Below are positions 38,644 through 48,857 of a stretch of DNA of 64,000 nt, piece by piece. Each line of letters opens with the position of its first letter. Position 1 is the stretch's first letter. The translations under genes and the position numbers were made by a program. The stretch is from an uncultured Muriicola sp. (GTDB lineage: Bacteria; Bacteroidota; Bacteroidia; Flavobacteriales; Flavobacteriaceae), in contig NZ_CAMYKH010000004.1 in the NCBI RefSeq assembly GCF_947258935.1, positions 6,101 to 70,100 of the forward strand, read 5' to 3'. The notes under the pieces were generated by a model that was given only the letters and a program-made list of their open reading frames with translations, searched no databases and was not told where the DNA came from.

Positions 38644-39900
38644 ATGAAGAACTATCATATCTCCAGACATAATTCGTTCTACACGATAGGTTTGAGCTAT
38701 GTAAAGGCCGATGCCGTTCTTAGGGGAAAATTTAGTTTGGAAGAACAAGCTGAAGAGGCAATTCTTCAACAGGCCAAGGTACTTGGAATAGACGGACTTC
38801 TGATAACGGCTACATGCAACCGCACCGAATTTCATGGTTTTGCACAACATCCTTTTCAATTGATAAAACTCCTTTGTGACCATTCTCGTGGAAGTGTTGA
38901 AGAGTTTCAGGAAGTTGGTTATATATACAAGAACTATGAGGCCATTGATCATCTGTTTCGCGTAGGTACAGGGCTCGACAGTCAGATCCTTGGCGATTTT
39001 GAGATCACTAGCCAAATAAAAAAAGGCTTTGCACGATCTAAAAAAAGTGGCCTGGCCAATCCCTTTCTGGAACGTCTTTGCAACACCATTCTTCAGGCAA
39101 GCAAACGGATAAAGAACGAGACCGAATTATCTAGTGGTGCTACTTCCGTGGCCTTTGCATCGGTACAATACATCTTACAAGAAGTGCCGAATATCTCCGA
39201 AAAAGATATTTTGCTTTTTGGAACAGGGAAGATAGGAAGAAACACCTGTGCAAACCTCTTGAAACACACACAGAATACGCATATCACCCTAATAAACCGG
39301 ACCAAAGACAAGGCACAAAAGATAGGGGGCAAGTTCAACCTATTGGTAAAAGACTATGGGGATCTTCAAACAGAGATCAGACAGACAGATGTACTTATTG
39401 TAGCAACAGCTGCGCAATCTCCAACCATATCAAAAGCGCTGCTGCATCTCAAAAAACCATTACTTATTCTGGATCTGTCCATCCCTAAGAATGTAGCAGA
39501 TGACGTAACGGATGTCCCCGGAGTTACACTGGTTCATTTAGATCATCTTTCTCAACGCACAGACGAGACCCTGGAACGAAGGAAACAGGATATCCCACTG
39601 GCAGAAAAGATCATTAATGAGGTACGGAAAGATTTTATTCAATGGCTAGAAACAAGAAAATTTGCCCCGGTCATTAAAGCCTTAAAAAAGAAATTAAATA
39701 CCATGAAAGATGAGGAGATCAACTTTCAATCTAAAAAACTATCCGACTTTAATTCGGAACAGGCAGATATCATCTCCGCCAGGATCATACAAAAAATCAC
39801 CAAACAGTTCGCCAATCATTTAAAAGATACAGAGGTGGATGCCGAAGATAGTCTGGAACTTATTCAACGGGTTTTTCAATTAGAAGTTGATAAACCATGA
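38644..39900 (+). CDS. hemA: Glutamyl-tRNA reductase
   Basis: 418 aa with the catalytic motif ATCNRTEF and an NADPH Rossmann motif LLFGTGKIG. Confidence 0.95.
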   Translation: MKNYHISRHNSFYTIGLSYVKADAVLRGKFSLEEQAEEAILQQAKVLGIDGLLITATCNRTEFHGFAQHPFQLIKLLCDHSRGSVEEFQEVGYIYKNYEAIDHLFRVGTGLDSQILGDFEITSQIKKGFARSKKSGLANPFLERLCNTILQASKRIKNETELSSGATSVAFASVQYILQEVPNISEKDILLFGTGKIGRNTCANLLKHTQNTHITLINRTKDKAQKIGGKFNLLVKDYGDLQTEIRQTDVLIVATAAQSPTISKALLHLKKPLLILDLSIPKNVADDVTDVPGVTLVHLDHLSQRTDETLERRKQDIPLAEKIINEVRKDFIQWLETRKFAPVIKALKKKLNTMKDEEINFQSKKLSDFNSEQADIISARIIQKITKQFANHLKDTEVDAEDSLELIQRVFQLEVDKP

Positions 39901-40811
39901 GCAAACCCATCCGGATAGGGACCCGCGATAGCGAATTGGCCTTATGGCAAGCCACATCCGTAAAAATTAAGCTGGAAGAATTAGGACATACTTGTCAACT
40001 GGTCCCAGTAAAAGCTACCGGTGACCTGCTGTTAGATAAACCTCTCTACGAATTAGGCATTACCGGTATTTTCACCAAAACATTAGATGTAGCCCTACTA
40101 AAAGGAGAAATAGACCTGGCCGTACATTCTATGAAAGATGTGCCTACCCTGCTTCCCAAAGGGATTGTTCAAGCGGCTGTACTGGAAAGAGGGAATCCCA
40201 GAGATATTTTAGTGCATAAGGGCCTCAACTTTCTAAATGAGGAAGGTCTTGTTGCTACCGGAAGTCTGCGCAGGAAAGCACAGTGGTTACATAAATATCC
40301 ACTACATGAGATCACAGATCTGCGAGGCAATGTAAACACCCGTTTAGAAAAATTAAGTACTAATCCATGGAATGCGGCCATATTTGCCGCAGCCGGATTA
40401 GAACGAATTGGTATTCTTCCGGAAAAACATACCACATTGGAATGGATGATCCCGGCACCTGCACAAGGCGCCATGATGGTTGTAACCCTCGATAAAAATG
40501 AGGATTGTAAAAAGGCGCTCGCCGCTTTGAATGATGCAGATACTGAAAAGTGCACTAAGGTGGAACGCGATTTTCTGCGTACCCTGGAAGGTGGATGCAC
40601 GGCTCCCATAGGTGCCTTAGCTAGATTTAAAGAAAATAACCTTTATTTCAGAGGGATCCTTCTCTCCCTGGACGGGCAAGTAAAATTTGAGATTCACAAA
40701 GAAGTGAATAGACAAGCACTAGATGGATTTGGCAAAGCTTGTGCTCAGGATATATTGGAACAGGGTGGTAAAGAACTTATGACATCCATTAAAGCACAAC
40801 TACAAAAATGA
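39897..40811 (+). CDS. hemC: Hydroxymethylbilane synthase (porphobilinogen deaminase)
   Basis: 304 aa with IRIGTRDSELALWQA and LRGNVNTRL motifs, plus a dipyrromethane Cys in EGGCTAPIG. Its ATGA overlaps hemA. Confidence 0.95.
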   Translation: MSKPIRIGTRDSELALWQATSVKIKLEELGHTCQLVPVKATGDLLLDKPLYELGITGIFTKTLDVALLKGEIDLAVHSMKDVPTLLPKGIVQAAVLERGNPRDILVHKGLNFLNEEGLVATGSLRRKAQWLHKYPLHEITDLRGNVNTRLEKLSTNPWNAAIFAAAGLERIGILPEKHTTLEWMIPAPAQGAMMVVTLDKNEDCKKALAALNDADTEKCTKVERDFLRTLEGGCTAPIGALARFKENNLYFRGILLSLDGQVKFEIHKEVNRQALDGFGKACAQDILEQGGKELMTSIKAQLQK

Positions 40812-41488
40812 GCACCGTCCTCTCCACCAGATTATTAAGCGAGGACCAAAAAAGGACGCTACAAGATGCCCATATTGTTGTGGAAGAATACAATGCTATT
40901 GCTATTGATCTTATAGATTTTGAGCTTCCAAAAGGATTTACTTATTTCATTTTTACCTCCAAGAATGGGGTGAAAAGCTTTTTGCGGTATTTGACTGATA
41001 AACCACAGCTCAGGATGTCTGAAATTAGTTGTTTTTGTGTTGGGCAAAAAACAAAGTCATTTTTAGAAGAAAATGAGCTAAAAGTGATCAAAATGACTGA
41101 AAATGCTTTAGAATTGGCCAATTTTATTGCAAAACGGTATAAAAAAGAACATTTTTTGATCTTTACAGGAAATCGAAACAGACCCGATCTGAGAATGATC
41201 CTCAGCAAGGAGAGCATACTTTTTAAAGAAATAGAGGTATACAAGACCAGCCTTGTGCCTCAACGACATAATCAGAAGTTTCAAGGGATATTATTTTACA
41301 GTCCAAGTGGTGTTGAGAGTTTTACCCGGGAAAATGTCATTGGAAATACTCCTGTATTTTGCATTGGAGAAACTACCGCCAGGGAAGCAAGGAAGTACAG
41401 TGAACATGTAAATGTTGCTGAAAAACCTACAGTGGATAGTGTGATAGAAATGCTTATTAAAAAACTTCCTACTCTATTAAAACAATGA
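40808..41488 (+). CDS. hemD: Uroporphyrinogen-III synthase
   Basis: 226 aa. Size, the FTSKNGV motif and its position between hemC and hemE fit hemD. ATGA overlaps occur at both ends. Confidence 0.8.
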   Translation: MSTVLSTRLLSEDQKRTLQDAHIVVEEYNAIAIDLIDFELPKGFTYFIFTSKNGVKSFLRYLTDKPQLRMSEISCFCVGQKTKSFLEENELKVIKMTENALELANFIAKRYKKEHFLIFTGNRNRPDLRMILSKESILFKEIEVYKTSLVPQRHNQKFQGILFYSPSGVESFTRENVIGNTPVFCIGETTAREARKYSEHVNVAEKPTVDSVIEMLIKKLPTLLKQ

Positions 41489-42519
41489 ACATGGCAATAA
41501 AGAACGATCTATTCTTAAAGGCATTAAAAGGGGAGACCGTAGAAAGGCCTCCCGTTTGGATGATGCGGCAAGCTGGCAGGTATCTGCCAGAATTTATGGA
41601 ACTCAAAAAGAAGTACGATTTCTTTACCCGATGCCAAACCCCGGAACTGGCCTCAGAGATTACCGTACAGCCCATCAGGAGATTTGGGATGGACGCCGCT
41701 ATTTTATTTAGTGATATCCTGGTAATTCCTCAGGCTATGGAAATTGAGGTTGAGATGAAACCAGATTTTGGTCCCTATTTACCCCACCCTATCCGATCTC
41801 AAAAAGATCTGGACCGAGTTATAGTACCAGATGTCCATAAAAGTCTTGGCTATGTAATGGATGCCATCAAAATGACCAAGGAAAAATTGCAGGATGAGGT
41901 GCCACTTATTGGTTTTGCCGGGTCTCCATGGACCATACTATGTTATTGCGTACAGGGACAAGGCAGCAAAAACTTTGACAAGGCCAAAGAATTCTGCTTT
42001 ACCCAGCCTTCGGTAGCTCATGGACTGCTTCAAAAGATCACGGATACTACAATTGCCTATCTGAAGGCCAAAGTAGCAGCCGGAGTGAACGCAGTTCAGG
42101 TGTTCGATTCCTGGGGAGGGATGTTATCCCCGGAAGATTATAATGAATTCTCCTGGCCTTATATTCAACAGATCGTTGATGCACTAAAAGACGAAGCCCC
42201 GGTAATTGTATTTGGGAAAGGGTGCTGGTTTGCCCTAAAGACCATGTCGCAATCTGGTGCGGCCGCCCTGGGTGTAGATTGGACCTGCTCTGCACAAAAT
42301 GCACGTTACCTCAGTGGAGGGAACATAACGTTGCAGGGTAATTTTGATCCTACACGTCTGTTCTCACCTCCTTCAGATATAAAGAAAATGGTTGCAAAAA
42401 TGATACGCGATTTTGGTAAGGACAGATACATTGTAAATTTGGGCCATGGTATTTTACCAAACGTCCCCGTAGAAAATGCCAAAGCATTCATAGATGCGGT
42501 TAAGTCGTATTCGGAGTAG
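41485..42519 (+). CDS. hemE: Uroporphyrinogen decarboxylase
   Basis: 344 aa with the signature [16 protein letters not shown] and an FDSWGG motif. Confidence 0.95.
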   Translation: MNMAIKNDLFLKALKGETVERPPVWMMRQAGRYLPEFMELKKKYDFFTRCQTPELASEITVQPIRRFGMDAAILFSDILVIPQAMEIEVEMKPDFGPYLPHPIRSQKDLDRVIVPDVHKSLGYVMDAIKMTKEKLQDEVPLIGFAGSPWTILCYCVQGQGSKNFDKAKEFCFTQPSVAHGLLQKITDTTIAYLKAKVAAGVNAVQVFDSWGGMLSPEDYNEFSWPYIQQIVDALKDEAPVIVFGKGCWFALKTMSQSGAAALGVDWTCSAQNARYLSGGNITLQGNFDPTRLFSPPSDIKKMVAKMIRDFGKDRYIVNLGHGILPNVPVENAKAFIDAVKSYSE

Positions 42520-43016
42520 TGGATCTATGGCATTTCATAAAAAGAGCGAATGCTGCACAATTTTGGCATTTGATGACATTATGTTTGGGAAATATAAGAC
42601 TGCTCTGGCCAACATATAAGGCAACAAAACAGGCTGTGCAGTATTCCAATACATTTTTTGGAACTAAACACCATAAGAATACCCCTTCCAATGCCTTCAG
42701 GCATGCCGTTTGGAATTGGCTTATTGCCAAAGAATGCATGCAATGGAAGAAAGACGAAAATACAGTCTTGAAATGGACCCTAAAGATCACAACTATGCAT
42801 GAAAAGATATTACCCGGAGATCCACTTTCCAATGCTATGGACATGCATAATAATGAAGTAGGAAGAACGATTTTTTTTAAAGAGAAAGAACATGATCTGG
42901 AAAAAGGTCTGGCTACATTGCGAAAATTGACGCAAGAATCCAAAAAAGTACATACACTTGATGAGTTAACACTTCATTCAAAATCTCAATTAGTACATTT
43001 AATTGATCCACAGTAA
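42519..43016 (+). CDS. Hypothetical protein embedded in the hem operon
   Basis: 165 aa. The GTG start shares 1 nt with the hemE stop, and its stop shares 1 nt with the hemF ATG (TAATG). Motifs are NAFRHAVWNWLIAKE and MDMHNNEVGR. The alternative in-frame ATG is at 42573. Confidence 0.6.
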   Translation: MDLWHFIKRANAAQFWHLMTLCLGNIRLLWPTYKATKQAVQYSNTFFGTKHHKNTPSNAFRHAVWNWLIAKECMQWKKDENTVLKWTLKITTMHEKILPGDPLSNAMDMHNNEVGRTIFFKEKEHDLEKGLATLRKLTQESKKVHTLDELTLHSKSQLVHLIDPQ

Positions 43017-43924
43017 TGAAAGATAAATTCTATAATTATATAGTAGCCCTGCAGGATTCCATCACCTCTCAATTGGAGAGTCTTGACGGGAAAGCCATCT
43101 TTAGGGAAGATATTTGGGAACGGCCGGAAGGTGGCGGTGGCAAAACCCGTGTTATTGAAAATGGTGACGTTTTTGAAAAAGGAGGGGTTAATATATCTGC
43201 TGTGCACGGTGCGCTTCCAAAAAGTATGCAGTCCTATTTTGGTGTTCAGGAAGCAGATTTTTTTGCTTGTGGACTAAGCTTGGTATTACACCCCATAAAT
43301 CCATTTGTCCCCACTGTGCATGCCAATTGGAGGTATTTTGAAATGTATGATAAGGAGGGAAATATAGTAGACCAATGGTTTGGAGGTGGGCAGGACCTAA
43401 CACCCTACTATTTATTCGATGAAGATGCGCTGCATTTTCATACGATCTGTAAACAAGCCTGTGACAAACACCATCCTGATTTTTATACAACATATAAAAC
43501 AAAATGCGATGAATACTTCTACAATAGCCACAGACAGGAAGCACGCGGCATAGGAGGTCTGTTCTTTGATTATTGCAAAGCTTCTGAGGAGATGAGCATG
43601 GAACAGTGGTATAATTTTGTCACAGAAGTAGGAGATTCTTTCCTGAACTCTTATGTGCCCATAGTGGAGAGAAGAAAAGATCTCTCCTATTCAAAGGACC
43701 AAAGAACCTGGCAGGAAATCAGACGGGGGCGCTATGTGGAATTTAATCTTGTACATGATAAAGGCACTTTGTTTGGTTTAAAGACCAATGGGCGTATTGA
43801 AAGTATTTTGATGAGTTTACCCCCAACTGTACAATGGGTATATGATCATCATCCTGAGAAAGGAAGTGAGGAGGCCCGTTTGTTATGTGTCCTGAATGAA
43901 CCCAAAGATTGGATAGCTTCCTGA
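43016..43924 (+). CDS. hemF: Oxygen-dependent coproporphyrinogen-III oxidase
   Basis: 302 aa with RPEGGGGKTRV, HANWRYFE, GGGQDLTPYY and RRGRYVEFNL motifs. Confidence 0.95.
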   Translation: MKDKFYNYIVALQDSITSQLESLDGKAIFREDIWERPEGGGGKTRVIENGDVFEKGGVNISAVHGALPKSMQSYFGVQEADFFACGLSLVLHPINPFVPTVHANWRYFEMYDKEGNIVDQWFGGGQDLTPYYLFDEDALHFHTICKQACDKHHPDFYTTYKTKCDEYFYNSHRQEARGIGGLFFDYCKASEEMSMEQWYNFVTEVGDSFLNSYVPIVERRKDLSYSKDQRTWQEIRRGRYVEFNLVHDKGTLFGLKTNGRIESILMSLPPTVQWVYDHHPEKGSEEARLLCVLNEPKDWIAS

Positions 43925-43939
43925 TTCAAATACCATCCT

Positions 43940-44731
43940 ATGAGAACACAAAAGATATATCAGATAGATGCCTTTGCAGATGCCTTGTTCCAGGGGAATC
44001 CTGCAGCCGTCTGCGTCATGGATACCTGGTTGGCGGATGACATTATGCAAAAGATCGCTATGGAGAACAACCTGGCAGAAACTGCTTTTGTTGTAAAAGA
44101 GGAAGGTCTGTACCATATTCGTTGGTTTACCCCGGAACTGGAGGTGGACCTCTGCGGGCATGCAACACTGGCAAGCGCTTATGTACTCTTCCACTATTAC
44201 CAACATGCCTCAGATACTATCAACTTTTATTCTAACAGAAGTGGGGAATTATCTGTATTCAGGGAAACCTCGGGTAATCTTACAATGAATTTCCCGACAG
44301 ATACGCTGGAGGAAGTGCCCATTAACGAAAAAATAGTGGAGGCACTCGGTCTTACTCCTTTAAAAACCTTTAAAGGCAAGACAGATTATTTATTGATCTA
44401 TGAAAATGAAGAAATGATAAGTTCCATGAAGCCTAACTTTTTTCTTTTGGATGCTATAGAAGCCAGAGGGATCATTGTCTCTGCTCCGGGAAATGAGGTA
44501 GATATGGTCTCGCGATTCTTTGCTCCCTGTTGCGGGATTCCCGAAGACCCTGTCACGGGTTCGGCCCATACAAGTCTTACGCCCTATTGGGCTAAAAGGT
44601 TGGGTAAAAAGGAATTGGTTGCCAAACAATTATCTGCAAGAGGAGGCACTATTCGCTGCACATATTTGGGAGATCGGGTCCTTATTTCCGGAAAGGCTGT
44701 ACCCTATTTAAGCGGCGAAATAATACTGTAG
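43940..44731 (+). CDS. PhzF family isomerase
   Basis: 263 aa with FADALFQGNPAAV, DLCGHATLAS and PVTGSAH motifs. Confidence 0.88.
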   Translation: MRTQKIYQIDAFADALFQGNPAAVCVMDTWLADDIMQKIAMENNLAETAFVVKEEGLYHIRWFTPELEVDLCGHATLASAYVLFHYYQHASDTINFYSNRSGELSVFRETSGNLTMNFPTDTLEEVPINEKIVEALGLTPLKTFKGKTDYLLIYENEEMISSMKPNFFLLDAIEARGIIVSAPGNEVDMVSRFFAPCCGIPEDPVTGSAHTSLTPYWAKRLGKKELVAKQLSARGGTIRCTYLGDRVLISGKAVPYLSGEIIL

Positions 44732-44773
44732 AAACCGATCAAATCGCTTAACTTTAAGAATAAATAAAACTCC

Positions 44774-45763
44774 ATGTATCCACTTAGAAGAAATCGAATC
44801 CTTAGAAATAGTAATTCCATTAGACATCTTGTGCGTGAAACCATTATAACCCCTAGTGATTTTTTGGTTCCTCTCTTTGTTGTGGAAGGAAATGGCGTAA
44901 AAGAAGAAATACCTTCTATGCCCAATTATTTTCGATTGAGCCTGGATAATTTAGGGAAAGAAGCAAAAGAACTCTGGAATATGGGGCTATGCGCCGTACT
45001 TCTTTTTGTAAAGGTACCGGATAATTTAAAAGACAATACAGGGTCTGAGGCTTTAAATGAACATGGCTTAATGCAGCGAGCCATTAAGACGGTAAAGGAT
45101 GCTTGCCCGGATATGTTGGTGATGACCGATGTTGCGCTCGATCCGTATTCCACCTTCGGCCATGACGGAATCGTTTCAAACGGCATTATATTAAATGATG
45201 CCACCAACGAAATTTTAGCGGAAATGAGTATCTCTCATGCCAAGGCAGGGGCAGATTTTGTGGCTCCCAGTGATATGATGGATGGGAGAATACAAATCAT
45301 ACGCGAAGCCCTGGAAGATGAAGAACTTACCACTACCGGAATAATGAGTTATGGAGCAAAATATGCCAGTGCTTTTTATGGCCCTTTTAGAGATGCCCTG
45401 GACTCTGCTCCCTCAACTAGCGGCGATGCCCCTAAAGACAAACAAACCTATCAGATGGATCCTGCTAACAGATTCGAGGCTGTTAAAGAGGCGGAAATGG
45501 ATGTGGAAGAAGGGGCCGACATTATTATGGTAAAACCAGGCCTTTGTTATCTGGACATTGTACGAGAAGTTAAAAATGCAGTAGATGTGCCTGTAGCTGT
45601 ATATCAGGTCTCAGGGGAATATGCCATGTTAAAAGCTGCGGCAGAAAGAGGATGGTTAGATCACGATTCCGTAATGATGGAACAATTGATCGCTATGAAA
45701 AGGGCCGGAGCAAACATCATTGCATCATATTTCGCGAAAGAAGCTGTGGCATTAATGAGCTAA
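44774..45763 (+). CDS. hemB: Porphobilinogen synthase (ALA dehydratase), aspartate-rich (non-zinc) metal-site type
   Basis: 329 aa. The N-terminus is RRNRILRNSNSIRHLVRET and the Schiff-base Lys lies in IIMVKPG. The metal site reads DVALDPYSTFGHDG rather than the Cys-rich form. Confidence 0.95.
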   Translation: MYPLRRNRILRNSNSIRHLVRETIITPSDFLVPLFVVEGNGVKEEIPSMPNYFRLSLDNLGKEAKELWNMGLCAVLLFVKVPDNLKDNTGSEALNEHGLMQRAIKTVKDACPDMLVMTDVALDPYSTFGHDGIVSNGIILNDATNEILAEMSISHAKAGADFVAPSDMMDGRIQIIREALEDEELTTTGIMSYGAKYASAFYGPFRDALDSAPSTSGDAPKDKQTYQMDPANRFEAVKEAEMDVEEGADIIMVKPGLCYLDIVREVKNAVDVPVAVYQVSGEYAMLKAAAERGWLDHDSVMMEQLIAMKRAGANIIASYFAKEAVALMS

Positions 45764-45785
45764 AATTACAGTAAATAAGTAGTTC

Positions 45786-47057
45786 ATGGTTTTTAGAAAT
45801 GGCATTGTGTATATTATTATACTTTTTGGTATATTAATAAACAGCTACAGTCAATCCCCACAAATATCTTCCAAAAATAAACTTCAATCCAGCGTAGATT
45901 CAATTATAACAAACGGTATAATAAATGAGGCCTTCCCCGGAGCCCAGCTGCTGGTGGCTAAGGAAGGGACCATTGTTTTTCATAAAGCGTACGGATATCA
46001 CACCTATGACAGTCTGCAGCCGGTTAAGACGAACGATCTGTATGATCTGGCCTCTCTCACCAAGATACTAGGGCCTCTACCACTTCTGATGAAACTGTAT
46101 GAAGAAGGAAAAATAGATCTTGACGCTCCCTTTAGTACCTATTGGAAGTCCTGGCAGCGCATAAAAAATAAAAAGGATCTTACACTGCGGGAGATATTGG
46201 CGCATCAGGCTGGTTTAACCCCTTACATTGTCTTTTTAAATGAGGTAATGCGGAAAGATGAACTCAAATCAAGATTTCTAAGCAATAAACTAAAGGGCAA
46301 TTTTAAAAAACAGGCCTATGAGGATCTTTACGTGGCCAATAGGTTCCAACATAAAATGAATAGAATGATCCGTCGCTCTGAAGTGGACGATCTGAAGGAA
46401 TACAAATATTCTGGTCTGGCATTTTTATTATTTCCTGAGCTCATCGAAAAGCTTACAGGCCATTCCTATTCATACGAATTGACCAAAGAATTTATTTTCC
46501 CCCTTGACATCCCCAGTCTGGGATTTCTTCCACAGAAAAAAGGCTTTCCAAATGCCCTTGTTCCCACAGAATATGACCATCGTTATAGAAAAGCCCTGGT
46601 TCATGGATGGGTACACGATGAGAATGCTTCCCTCCTGGGAGGTATTTCCGGGAACGCAGGACTTTTTGGTACCGCGCACGATCTTTATCGGTTTATGCAG
46701 TTCTATCAAAATTATGGGGTCCTTGAAGGGCATCGTTTATTAAAGGAAGAAACGGTCAGAGAATTTACATCTATACAATATCCCGAGAATGAAAATAGAA
46801 GGGGACTTGGTTTTGATAAACCTTTATTAGATAATGTTGACAGGAGCTTAGAAGATGCCTATCCCGCACCCTCCGCCAGTCCGGAAAGCTTTGGCCATAG
46901 TGGGTTTACGGGCACTTTTGTGTGGGCCGACCCGAAATACCAATTGGTATTTATATTTTTATCAAATCGTGTTCATCCATTCAGAACACATCGAAATTTA
47001 TATGACCTGCATATTCGGACCTCCCTTCACGAGGTCTTTTACACCTTTTACAGGTAG
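45786..47057 (+). CDS. Serine hydrolase (beta-lactamase/PBP4-like family)
   Basis: 423 aa with a signal or anchor. The S-x-x-K motif is ASLTK, and HSGFTG lies near the C-terminus. Confidence 0.85.
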   Translation: MVFRNGIVYIIILFGILINSYSQSPQISSKNKLQSSVDSIITNGIINEAFPGAQLLVAKEGTIVFHKAYGYHTYDSLQPVKTNDLYDLASLTKILGPLPLLMKLYEEGKIDLDAPFSTYWKSWQRIKNKKDLTLREILAHQAGLTPYIVFLNEVMRKDELKSRFLSNKLKGNFKKQAYEDLYVANRFQHKMNRMIRRSEVDDLKEYKYSGLAFLLFPELIEKLTGHSYSYELTKEFIFPLDIPSLGFLPQKKGFPNALVPTEYDHRYRKALVHGWVHDENASLLGGISGNAGLFGTAHDLYRFMQFYQNYGVLEGHRLLKEETVREFTSIQYPENENRRGLGFDKPLLDNVDRSLEDAYPAPSASPESFGHSGFTGTFVWADPKYQLVFIFLSNRVHPFRTHRNLYDLHIRTSLHEVFYTFYR

Positions 47058-47116
47058 TATATATCATCTTATTTGTTTTTTTAATAATTCTTACCTTCGC
47101 TATTGAATCTACCAAC

Positions 47117-48220
47117 ATGGAATTACTATTTTTTTACATTTTCATTTCCATCTTTTTCTCTTTTTTGTGTTCTATTTGGGAAGCCGTTTTACTTAGCGTT
47201 ACACCCACTTTTATAAATCTCAAAAAGAAAGAAAATAAGAAATATGCTTTTAGATTGGAGAATCTGAAAAAGGATATAGACAAACCTTTAATAGCGATAT
47301 TAACGTTAAATACCGTTGCCCATACGGTTGGAGCTATTTTAGTGGGTGTTCAGGCCAAGGTTACTTATGCTGAGTCGTATGGCAATAGCACAAACAGCTT
47401 TTTAGGCCTGCAATTCACGGAAGAGCTTATGGTTGGGGTCGTTTCCGCCATAATGACGATACTTATTCTTGTGGCGTCTGAGATCATTCCTAAAACCCTG
47501 GGGGCCACCTATTGGCAGAAACTGGCAAATTTTACGACTAGGTCACTCAATATTTTGGTCCTAATACTCAAATGGACTGGCTTATTGTGGGTGCTTCAAC
47601 TATTTACAAAATTAATAAGCAAGAAAGCGATACATGGCAGTGTGCTAAGCCGTGAAGATTTTACGGTTATGGCCGATATCGCTCAGGAAGAAGGGGTCTT
47701 TGAGGCTTCAGAGTCTACGGTCATTAAAAATTTGTTACGTTTTAAAGAGGTTTTAGTTAAAGATATTATGACTCCCAGGGCGGTCATGAAAATAGCTTCA
47801 GAAAATCAGACTATTAGAGAATTCTTTAAGGAAAATCCTGAACTTCGTTTCTCACGCATTCCATTATACGGGGAACGGGTAGATATTATTACTGGTTTTG
47901 TATTGAAGGACACAGTATTGGAAGAAATTATCAATGAAAAAGGGGATTTTCCCTTATCCTCAATAAGAAGAGATATCCTTATGACCACCAGAAATACATC
48001 CATTCCACAATTGTTCGAAATTTTTATTTCAAAAAAGGAGCATATAGCATTGGTTACCGATGAATATGGCTCTATTAGTGGGTTAGTTTCCATGGAAGAC
48101 ATCATAGAAACCCTTTTAGGTCTGGAAATAATGGATGAAAGCGACCACCATGAAGATCTTCAGGTTTTAGCCAGGAAAAAATGGGAGGCTAGAGCCAAAA
48201 AAACAGGTATTATTGAATAA
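47117..48220 (+). CDS. CNNM/DUF21 plus CBS-pair membrane protein (hemolysin C / CorB-like)
   Basis: 367 aa with an N-terminal 4-TM DUF21 domain and two CBS-like modules (VKDIMTPR, GLVSMEDIIETLLG). Confidence 0.85.
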   Translation: MELLFFYIFISIFFSFLCSIWEAVLLSVTPTFINLKKKENKKYAFRLENLKKDIDKPLIAILTLNTVAHTVGAILVGVQAKVTYAESYGNSTNSFLGLQFTEELMVGVVSAIMTILILVASEIIPKTLGATYWQKLANFTTRSLNILVLILKWTGLLWVLQLFTKLISKKAIHGSVLSREDFTVMADIAQEEGVFEASESTVIKNLLRFKEVLVKDIMTPRAVMKIASENQTIREFFKENPELRFSRIPLYGERVDIITGFVLKDTVLEEIINEKGDFPLSSIRRDILMTTRNTSIPQLFEIFISKKEHIALVTDEYGSISGLVSMEDIIETLLGLEIMDESDHHEDLQVLARKKWEARAKKTGIIE

Positions 48221-48701
48221 AATTGAAGAAGCACTAATAGAAACGCCTTTGGGTTGGGCAAAAATAGAAGGTGATCTTGAAGGAATAAGATCAATTTCTA
48301 TTCTTGACGATAAACCTGTTGAAACAATTGAAATTCCTGAACTACTTGAAGATGCGGCTTATCAATTAAAAGAGTATTTTGAAGGCAAAAGAAAGGACTT
48401 TCAATTAGAATTAAATCCTTTAGGAACAGAATTCCAACTTAGGGTTTGGAAGGAATTACAAACTATTCCCTATGGAAAACAAATCTCCTACCTGGAATTA
48501 TCAAAAAAATTGGGCGATGTTAAAGCCATTCGGGCGGTTGCTGCTGCCAATGGGAAAAATCCATTATGGATCGTAATTCCCTGTCATAGAGTGATAGGAA
48601 GTAATGGTGATCTGGTAGGTTATGCAGGAGGATTACACCGTAAAAAATGGTTGTTGAACCATGAGAGTCCCGCAAAACAAGGTTCCTTATTCCCAAATTA
48701 A
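48213..48701 (+). CDS. ogt: Methylated-DNA--protein-cysteine methyltransferase
   Basis: 162 aa with the active site IPCHRV. The TTG start overlaps the CNNM gene's 3' end by 8 nt. Confidence 0.9.
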   Translation: MNKIEEALIETPLGWAKIEGDLEGIRSISILDDKPVETIEIPELLEDAAYQLKEYFEGKRKDFQLELNPLGTEFQLRVWKELQTIPYGKQISYLELSKKLGDVKAIRAVAAANGKNPLWIVIPCHRVIGSNGDLVGYAGGLHRKKWLLNHESPAKQGSLFPN

Positions 48702-48857
48702 CAGACCATGTGGTTTGTTGCTCTCCAATCCTTACAGATTTATTGAATAGTTTACCCTTTGGTCGATCTATTTGTTAGTTTTCTCCCTACCCACTCAATT
48801 TCATTCAGAAATCTCAAACAATAAAACCAACCAGCTGGTCTGTTAGCTGCTTTTCTG

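Noticed and set aside
38617-39015. 132-aa minus-strand ORF overlapping the hemA start region
   Set aside because: It lies antisense to hemA, which carries the TCNRTE catalytic motif. It has no motifs and would run into the promoter region.
40169-40609. 146-aa minus-strand ORF inside hemC
   Set aside because: It lies antisense to a gene with unambiguous HemC motifs. Its Ser/Arg/Ala-rich composition marks it as a shadow ORF.
42500-42943. 147-aa minus-strand ORF antisense to the hem-operon embedded gene
   Set aside because: It is Cys/Ser/Phe-rich with low-complexity composition typical of an antisense shadow ORF. The plus-strand ORF is start/stop-coupled to hemE and hemF, so it is the better model.
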